DNA of 64,000 nucleotides from Alphaproteobacteria bacterium (GTDB lineage Bacteria; Pseudomonadota; Alphaproteobacteria; SHWA01): NCBI GenBank assembly GCA_009693995.1, contig SHWA01000001.1, positions 6,377 to 70,376 of the forward strand, read 5' to 3'. Shown piece by piece: positions 58,446 to 64,000 of this stretch (position 1 is its first letter; each line of letters starts with the position of its first letter). The notes under the pieces were generated by a model. It saw only the letters and a program-made list of their open reading frames with translations, ran no database searches and was not told where the DNA came from. The position numbers and the translations under genes were made by a program.

Positions 58446-59792
58446 ATGGCAGGCACCAACACCAATTACGTCGATCTCGACCGCGGGCTGATCAGCCGCC
58501 GCATCTTCATCGACCCCGAGATCTACCGGATGGAGCTGGAGCGCATCTTCGCGCGCACCTGGCTGTTCCTCGGCCACGAGACCCAGGTGCCGGAGAAGGG
58601 CGACTTCCACACCGCCTACATGGGCGAGGATCCGGTGATCCTGATGCGGGGATCGGACGGCAAGGTGCGCGCCTTCCTCAATTCCTGCCGCCACCGGGGC
58701 ATGAAGGTGTGCCGCGCCGACCGCGGCAACGTAAAGGAATTCATCTGCAGCTTCCATGGCTGGACCTACGCCAACACCGGCGAACTGAAGTCCGTGCCCC
58801 TCGAGAAGGAGGCCTATGGCAACCGGCTGGACCGGAGCGAATGGGGCCTTCTCGAGGTGCCGAAACTCGCCAGCTATGGCGGCCTCATCTTCGGCAATTG
58901 GGACGCCGGCGCCGCGAGCCTGGACAGCTTCCTCGGCGAGTTCCGCTGGTACCTCGACATCATGATCGAGCGCCAGATCGGCGGGATCGAGTTCCTCCCC
59001 GGCCAGCAGCGCTACTCGCTGAAATCCAACTGGAAGATCGCGAGCGAGAACTTCACCGGCGACACCTTTCACCTGCCTTATTCCCATGGCTCGGTCTACC
59101 GCCTGCCGATCCGGCAGTTGAACCCGGGCAACCCGCTAGTGTTCGGCACCGGCACGCCGCACTACAACATCGCCTGCGCCAACGGCCACGGCATGACCGG
59201 CATGGTGTTCGGCGGCGAGCGCTGGGTGGTGGAGCGGCGGATGGCGAAGGAGATGGGGCCGGAGATCCTGGACTATGTGGAAGAGTGCCACGCGCGCCTG
59301 GTGAAGCTCCTCTCCAAGATCCAGGTGGACGCCTACGCGCTCAACTTCGGCAACATCTTCCCCAACTTCTCCTTCAACGACTTCACCTCGCTCAGGCCGC
59401 TGGGCTTCTACGTCTGGCACCCCAAGGGGCCGGACCGGATGGAAGCCTGGCAGTGGGCCGGTACCGACCGCGCCGCACCCAAGGCGATCAAGGACATCGC
59501 GCGGATCGATTTCTGCCGCGGCCAGGCGACCGCTGGCATCGTCGCCCAGGACGACACGGAGAACTTCGAGCAGGTGACCGAGGCGACGCGGGGCGTGATC
59601 GGCAAGCGCCTCGACTTCAACTACCAGATGAGTGTCGGCGCCAAGCCGCTCAAGGGCCCGAAGGGCGCACCCGGCGCCTTCAGCCACGGGGTGTCGGAGA
59701 CCAGCCAGCTCTCCTTCTACGGCTACTGGGCAGAGAAAATGGGGATGGGGAAGTCGGTCAATGGCCGCCAACGGCTTGCAGTTCGAGGTTGA
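58446..59792 (+). CDS. Aromatic ring-hydroxylating dioxygenase alpha subunit (Rieske [2Fe-2S] + mononuclear Fe)
   Basis: 448 aa; Rieske CRHRG…CSFHGW; Fe site GDTFHLPYSH. Confidence 0.9.
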   Translation: MAGTNTNYVDLDRGLISRRIFIDPEIYRMELERIFARTWLFLGHETQVPEKGDFHTAYMGEDPVILMRGSDGKVRAFLNSCRHRGMKVCRADRGNVKEFICSFHGWTYANTGELKSVPLEKEAYGNRLDRSEWGLLEVPKLASYGGLIFGNWDAGAASLDSFLGEFRWYLDIMIERQIGGIEFLPGQQRYSLKSNWKIASENFTGDTFHLPYSHGSVYRLPIRQLNPGNPLVFGTGTPHYNIACANGHGMTGMVFGGERWVVERRMAKEMGPEILDYVEECHARLVKLLSKIQVDAYALNFGNIFPNFSFNDFTSLRPLGFYVWHPKGPDRMEAWQWAGTDRAAPKAIKDIARIDFCRGQATAGIVAQDDTENFEQVTEATRGVIGKRLDFNYQMSVGAKPLKGPKGAPGAFSHGVSETSQLSFYGYWAEKMGMGKSVNGRQRLAVRG

Positions 59793-60258
59793 GCAGTTCC
59801 TCTACCGCGAAGCGCGCATCCTCTCGGAGGGCCGCTTCGACGAATGGCTGGACCTCCTGACCGAGGACATCACCTACTGGATGCCGGCGCGGGAAACCAT
59901 CCAGGGCCGGCGGGTGGTCGGTGACGACACCGACCTGTTGCCGATCTTCGAGGACGACAAGGCGTTCCTTAACGCGCGCGTCGAGCGGCTGCGCTCCTCC
60001 CTCGCCCATGCCGAGCAGCCGCGGTCGCGTCTGCGCTACTTCATCACCAATGTGGAGGTGGAAGCGGCCGGCAAGAAGGAGTTCGACATCCGCTGCAATC
60101 TTTTGGTCTACCAGTCGCGGCTCGAGCGGAGCGAGACCATCTATGCCGGCCGGCGCGAAGACCGGCTGCGCCGGGTCGGCAAGGCCCTGAAGATCGCCGG
60201 GCGCAAGATCATGCTCGACCAGACCCTGATCCCGCGCACAATCTCGATCTTCTTCTGA
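59761..60258 (+). CDS. Aromatic ring-hydroxylating dioxygenase beta subunit
   Basis: 165 aa; SnoaL-like beta-subunit sequence (…FLYREARILSEGRFDEWLDL…); 32-nt overlap with alpha. Confidence 0.8.
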   Translation: MAANGLQFEVEQFLYREARILSEGRFDEWLDLLTEDITYWMPARETIQGRRVVGDDTDLLPIFEDDKAFLNARVERLRSSLAHAEQPRSRLRYFITNVEVEAAGKKEFDIRCNLLVYQSRLERSETIYAGRREDRLRRVGKALKIAGRKIMLDQTLIPRTISIFF

Positions 60259-60370
60259 GGCGCGAACCGAAGATTGACCGACCCGTGGGAGCGATTCGGC
60301 CTCATTATTGAGAGGATGCACGCGACCGGGCTTCTCGCCCGCAAGTCGCGCACGCCCCTGGAGTAGCGCC

Positions 60371-61807
60371 ATGCCCGTTCGTTCCCTGCGCACCGAAGCG
60401 AAGCCCAACACGCGCAATCTCAAGTACGGCGGCTATTACCAGCGCGACGTGCCGGCGCCGGATCCAGAGTTGACGGACACCGATCCCGCCACGCCCATGG
60501 GCGAGCTGATGCGGCGCTTCTGGCAGCCAGTATGCCTGTCGGAACAGTTGACGGACCTGCCCCATCCCATTCGCATCATGGGCGAGGATCTGGTGGCGTT
60601 CCGCGACAAGAGCGGCCGGGTCGGCGTCCTCCACCGCCATTGCAGCCACCGCGGCACCTCGCTCGAGTTCGGGCTGCTGACCGAGCGCGGCATCCGCTGT
60701 TGCTACCATGGTTGGCTGTTCGACATCGACGGCACGATCCTGGAGACGCCGGGCGAGCCCGCCGGCAGCCGGATCGAGGACCGCCTGTGCCACGGCGCCT
60801 ATCCGGCCCTGGAGAAGCACGGGTTGGTGTTCGCCTACATGGGACCGCCCGAGCACAAGCCCGATTTCCCCCATTACGAATCGATCGACGCGCCCGGCAA
60901 CAAGGTCTATCCCTTGTCCAACTGGTTCGGCTGCAACTGGCTCCAGGTCGCAGAAAACACCGCCGATCCGGCGCACACCTCGATCTTCCACAACGGCGTC
61001 GGCAGCGCGTGGCTGCAGGAGGGCAAGCCCACCGGCAAGGGCACGGCGCTGCCGGCGGCGTGGGGCGCCGAGATGCCGGTGATGGAGTACCGCATCACCG
61101 AGGGCGGCCGCAGCATGGTCTACATCGTCAGCCGCCGGATCGGCGACCGGATCTGGGTGCGCAACAACCACTTCATCCTGCCCAACTACATCGAGATCGG
61201 CCGGTTGTTCGAGGACGCGACGGCGGAGAAGTATTTCGGCCGCGTCGCCTTCGTGCGCTGGGTCGTGCCGCACGACAACCAAAGCTCGACCATCTTCGGC
61301 TGGCGCTACTTCCACAAGGATATCGATCCGAAAGGCTTGGGCGAACCCGACAAGTTGGGCATCGAGGGACAAGATTTCCTCGACGGGCAGGTCGGCAGCA
61401 ACCGCTCGGACGAAGAACGCCGCCGCTATCCCGGCGATTGGGACGTAATCATGGGGCAGCGCACGATCGCGGTGCACGCCAAGGAGAACCCGGCTTCGAC
61501 CGACGTGGGGGTCGCCATGTGGCGCAAGCTCTGCCGCGACGCGGTGCGCGGCAGAACGCGCCGCGCCCTGCCGAAGCCTGCGAATGGCGCCGGCGAGGAG
61601 CCGCTGCTCTCCTACTGCCAGGACACGATCTTCCGGATTCCTGCACCAGCCGACGTCGAGCGGGACCAGGAGCTGATCCGCGAGATGGGGCGGCGGGTCA
61701 CCGACATCGTCCTCGACGGCGACCGGTTCGCCCGCAAGGAACGGAGCCGCGAGATCAAGAGCGGCCTGAAGGCCCTGGAGAAGGACTTGCGCAAGGCTTA
61801 CGCCTGA
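60371..61807 (+). CDS. Rieske non-heme iron oxygenase alpha subunit (alpha-only type, with ~70-aa C-terminal extension)
   Basis: 478 aa; Rieske CSHRG…CCYHGW; Fe site DPAHTSIFH; no cognate beta subunit. Confidence 0.85.
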   Translation: MPVRSLRTEAKPNTRNLKYGGYYQRDVPAPDPELTDTDPATPMGELMRRFWQPVCLSEQLTDLPHPIRIMGEDLVAFRDKSGRVGVLHRHCSHRGTSLEFGLLTERGIRCCYHGWLFDIDGTILETPGEPAGSRIEDRLCHGAYPALEKHGLVFAYMGPPEHKPDFPHYESIDAPGNKVYPLSNWFGCNWLQVAENTADPAHTSIFHNGVGSAWLQEGKPTGKGTALPAAWGAEMPVMEYRITEGGRSMVYIVSRRIGDRIWVRNNHFILPNYIEIGRLFEDATAEKYFGRVAFVRWVVPHDNQSSTIFGWRYFHKDIDPKGLGEPDKLGIEGQDFLDGQVGSNRSDEERRRYPGDWDVIMGQRTIAVHAKENPASTDVGVAMWRKLCRDAVRGRTRRALPKPANGAGEEPLLSYCQDTIFRIPAPADVERDQELIREMGRRVTDIVLDGDRFARKERSREIKSGLKALEKDLRKAYA

Positions 61808-61848
61808 CCCGAGGGCGCGGGGCGAGCCGACAGTCAAGGGAGTTCCAG

Positions 61849-62682
61849 ATGCACCTGAGCGATGCCCAAATTCAGCAATACGATGACGATGGCTTTGTCA
61901 TCCTGCCCGGTTTCCTGTCACCGGAAGAAGTCGGTTTGCTCGCCGCCGAGGCGGATATCCTCGGCACGCCGCAACGCGGCCTGCCGGACGGAAACGTCTA
62001 TGAATACGGGAGCGGAATGATTCGTAAGAGCTACTCCGTGGACAAGGATTCGGAAGCGTATTTCCTGGCCAGCCGCCTGCCGCGCATGCTCGTGCCGTCG
62101 CGCCAGTTGCTCGGCGAGCGTATCTATCTGTACATGACCCACATGAACCACAAGATCGCCAAAAAAGGCGAGATTTGGTTGTGGCACCAGGACTACTCCC
62201 ATTGGCAGTTGGACGGCGTCGCGCGCGGCGGAGCGCGCGACATGGTGACGATCATGATCATGGTCGACAAATCGACGCCCGAGAACGGGCCGCTGCAGAT
62301 CCTCAAGGGCTCGCACAAACTGCCGGTGGAGGAATTCAGGATCGATCTCGACGAAACCAGCGTGCCGACCGCCAAGGTGAGCGAAGCCCGCATGGCGGAG
62401 ATCGTGAAATCGCACGAGATCGTCGAATGCCTGGGCGCGGCCGGGACAGCGCTCGTCTTCGCTCCCATGACCATCCACGGGTCGGCCAGGAACAACTCGA
62501 CCCGCACGCGGCGGAACGCTTATTTCGTCTACAACCGCGTCGACAACCGCCCCACCATCGAGAAGCCGAGACGCTTCCACGTTTCACCGCACCTGATGAA
62601 CAGCGATCCCGTGGAACTGGACACTGGCGTCGGTGACGACGCTCTCCTGGCGCTCGCCCGCCGCCGGCTGTCCGCCGCCTAG
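61849..62682 (+). CDS. Phytanoyl-CoA dioxygenase (PhyH) family Fe(II)/2-oxoglutarate oxygenase, EctD-like
   Basis: 277 aa; AAGGGAG RBS; WLWHQDYSHW (His-x-Asp) and distal His (TIHGS). Confidence 0.8.
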   Translation: MHLSDAQIQQYDDDGFVILPGFLSPEEVGLLAAEADILGTPQRGLPDGNVYEYGSGMIRKSYSVDKDSEAYFLASRLPRMLVPSRQLLGERIYLYMTHMNHKIAKKGEIWLWHQDYSHWQLDGVARGGARDMVTIMIMVDKSTPENGPLQILKGSHKLPVEEFRIDLDETSVPTAKVSEARMAEIVKSHEIVECLGAAGTALVFAPMTIHGSARNNSTRTRRNAYFVYNRVDNRPTIEKPRRFHVSPHLMNSDPVELDTGVGDDALLALARRRLSAA

Positions 62683-62752
62683 CCGTCGTCGCCAAGCCGT
62701 GCGGCAACGAGTTCCGGGAAAAGGGCAGCCCTTCCCGGAGGGTATGACAGGC

Positions 62753-63586
62753 ATGCCGCTTTCGGCGGATGACATCCAACACTACGACGAGAACGGCTAC
62801 CTGATCGTCCCCGCCGTGCTGACGGCGGACGAGGTGCGCCTGCTCCAGGCGGAGGCCGCGCGCCTCGCCACCCCGGCACGCGGCCACAGGGACGCCAACG
62901 TCTACGAGAAGCACAACCCGGTCATCCGCATGAGCTTCGCCGCCGAGATCGACTCGGAGGCGTTCGCGCTTCTCTACCGGCTGCCGCGTCTCCTGGGGTG
63001 CGTGCAGCAGCTCCTGGGGGAGAGCGTCTATCTCTACCAGTCGCGTATCAGCCACAAGGTGGCGCGGCTCGGCGAGGTCTGGCTCTGGCACCAGGACTAT
63101 GGCGGCTGGCGCAACGACGGCCTGCCGCGGACCGGGGAGCGGGACATCCTCTCGCTCTCGGTGATGATCGATCAATCCACGCCGGACAATGGCTGCCTCC
63201 GGGTGGTGCGCTGCTCGCACCTCATGGGCGCGCTGGATTCGCGCTTCGACGACGAGACCGCGAGCTACCCGACCCACGTCACCGACCCCGCCCTGATGGC
63301 GCGGTTCGCGGCGGAGGGGCGGATCGTGGACGTGGTCGGCCCGCCGGGCACGCTCGCCTTCATGACCGGGCTGACGGTGCACGGCTCCGAGCCGAACCGG
63401 TCGGACGCGGGGCGCCGCAGCCTGTTCCTGATTTACAACCGCACCGACAACCGCCCCTCCGGCAGCGTCCGCCGCGAGCACAAGAGCCCCTATGTGATGA
63501 ACCGGAATCCGGTCGAACTGGCCGCGGTCGACGACCAGGCCCTCGCGCGCCTGGCGCGAGCCGTTGCCACCGAATCTCCCGCCTAG
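62753..63586 (+). CDS. PhyH family Fe(II)/2-oxoglutarate oxygenase (paralog)
   Basis: 277 aa; GGAGGG RBS ~10 nt upstream; WLWHQDYGGW and TVHGS motifs; ~50% identical to preceding gene. Confidence 0.8.
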   Translation: MPLSADDIQHYDENGYLIVPAVLTADEVRLLQAEAARLATPARGHRDANVYEKHNPVIRMSFAAEIDSEAFALLYRLPRLLGCVQQLLGESVYLYQSRISHKVARLGEVWLWHQDYGGWRNDGLPRTGERDILSLSVMIDQSTPDNGCLRVVRCSHLMGALDSRFDDETASYPTHVTDPALMARFAAEGRIVDVVGPPGTLAFMTGLTVHGSEPNRSDAGRRSLFLIYNRTDNRPSGSVRREHKSPYVMNRNPVELAAVDDQALARLARAVATESPA

Positions 63587-63643
63587 GGCGGCGCGATCCG
63601 CCGGGGAATTGGCCGGCCCGGGACACCCGTGCCTGCAAGTTCA

Positions 63644-64000
63644 GTGAACACCGTGCGCGCGCCCCTGCTGAGCGGTCTCGTCCGCTTCGCCCTCAGCCTG
63701 CTGTTCCGGGTCGAGGTGCGAGGCGGGAGCACCTGCGCGCGGCACCGCCGGGCACACTGATCGTCGCCAACCACACCTCGTTCCTCGATGCCATGCTGCT
63801 GGCGGCCTTCCTCGGCGAGGGCGCGGTATTCGCCGTCAACCGTCAGGTCGCCGACTGGTGGTGAGTGCGCCCGCTCCGCCGGCTGGTGGAGACCATCACC
63901 ATCGACCCGGCCAGACCGTTCACGGCCAAGACGCTGATCGAACGCCTGCGCGCCGGCGACCGCTGCATGATCTTCCCCGAGGGGCGGATCACGGTGGGGG
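63644..64000 (+). pseudogene. Aas/PlsC-like lysophospholipid acyltransferase (partial at window edge) with a frameshift (~63721-63732) and in-frame TGA (63862-63864)
   Basis: Three pieces match Aas N-terminal acyltransferase domain: …LLFRVEVRGG | EHLRAAPPGTLIVANHTSFLD (HX4D) …AVNRQVADWW * VRPLRRLVETITIDPARP…MIFPEGRITVG. Confidence 0.5.

Noticed and set aside
22-64000. Dozens of 60-250-aa ORFs on the track antisense or out of frame to the annotated genes (e.g. 22-912, 1128-2714, 7382-10207, 19364-21108, 36370-38274, 39438-41003)
   Set aside because: They are typical high-GC artefacts. They are Arg/Pro/Gly/Ala-rich and have no start-codon or RBS context. Each overlaps a gene with clear family signatures.
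1-64000. Mobile elements, CRISPR, tRNA/rRNA, prophage or defence-system genes
   Set aside because: I found no transposase, integrase or recombinase motifs, no direct-repeat/spacer arrays, no T-loop GGTTCGAAT-type tRNA signatures and no nuclease/helicase/ATPase defence architectures. The accessory character of the window is metabolic rather than mobile.

Overview
This is a high-GC (~68%) window that looks like alphaproteobacterial chromosome. It is densely coding and I found no rRNA, tRNA, CRISPR array, IS element, transposase or integrase. Many six-frame ORFs on the track are antisense artefacts of GC-rich DNA, and several long track ORFs (717, 817, 842 and 1567 aa) are run-throughs spanning 2-3 real genes. 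The track also prints TTG/GTG starts as M, so I re-derived gene boundaries from start codons, RBSs and domain ends.

Main contents, in order:
1. 16-17134, minus strand: a 12-gene co-directional catabolic operon. It encodes a GntR/HutC repressor, hydantoinase/oxoprolinase A+B, an LLM flavin monooxygenase, an AMP-forming and an ADP-forming acyl-CoA ligase, a CoxLMS-type molybdo-hydroxylase and a Liv-type ABC importer. A GTTATAAC palindrome sits in the AT-rich leader.
2. 17235-18911: cytochrome b561 and ribA.
3. 19196-21448, minus: SAM methyltransferase, GT4 glycosyltransferase and a PTPS/QueD-family protein, divergent from opgH.
4. 21574-25110, plus: opgH, an FkbM methyltransferase and an unknown secreted protein.
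5. 25221-31868: a hydrolase-rich block (cupin, amidohydrolase-2, flavodoxin-like protein, FAD oxidoreductase, two tandem amidohydrolases).
6. 31948-34445: a Tat-lipoprotein M48/TPR protease flanked by two lipoproteins.
7. 34550-40931: an M20 amidohydrolase and sarcosine oxidase soxBDAG.
8. 41097-43634: an SDR, a sugar-phosphate isomerase, an SDR remnant and NIPSNAP.
9. 43.7-51.9 kb: a decayed region. It holds a frameshifted sulfatase, two tandem paralogous small proteins of unknown function, a large repetitive RTX Ca-binding protein (frameshifted), a truncated TRAP DctP, a fused TRAP DctQM (frameshift in a C6 run) and an MFS fragment.
10. 52-63.6 kb: an oxygenase-rich cluster. It holds nitronate monooxygenase, two near-identical tandem SDRs, a CMD-family protein, an LLM oxidoreductase, a divergent molybdopterin oxidoreductase, Rieske dioxygenase alpha/beta, an orphan Rieske oxygenase and two PhyH-family dioxygenases.
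11. Window end: a disrupted Aas/PlsC-like acyltransferase.

The candidates most worth follow-up are the hydantoinase + Mo-hydroxylase + dual-CoA-ligase operon (1), the oxygenase cluster beside sox (10), the paralogous small-protein pair next to the RTX protein (9), and the PTPS/GT/MT trio (3).
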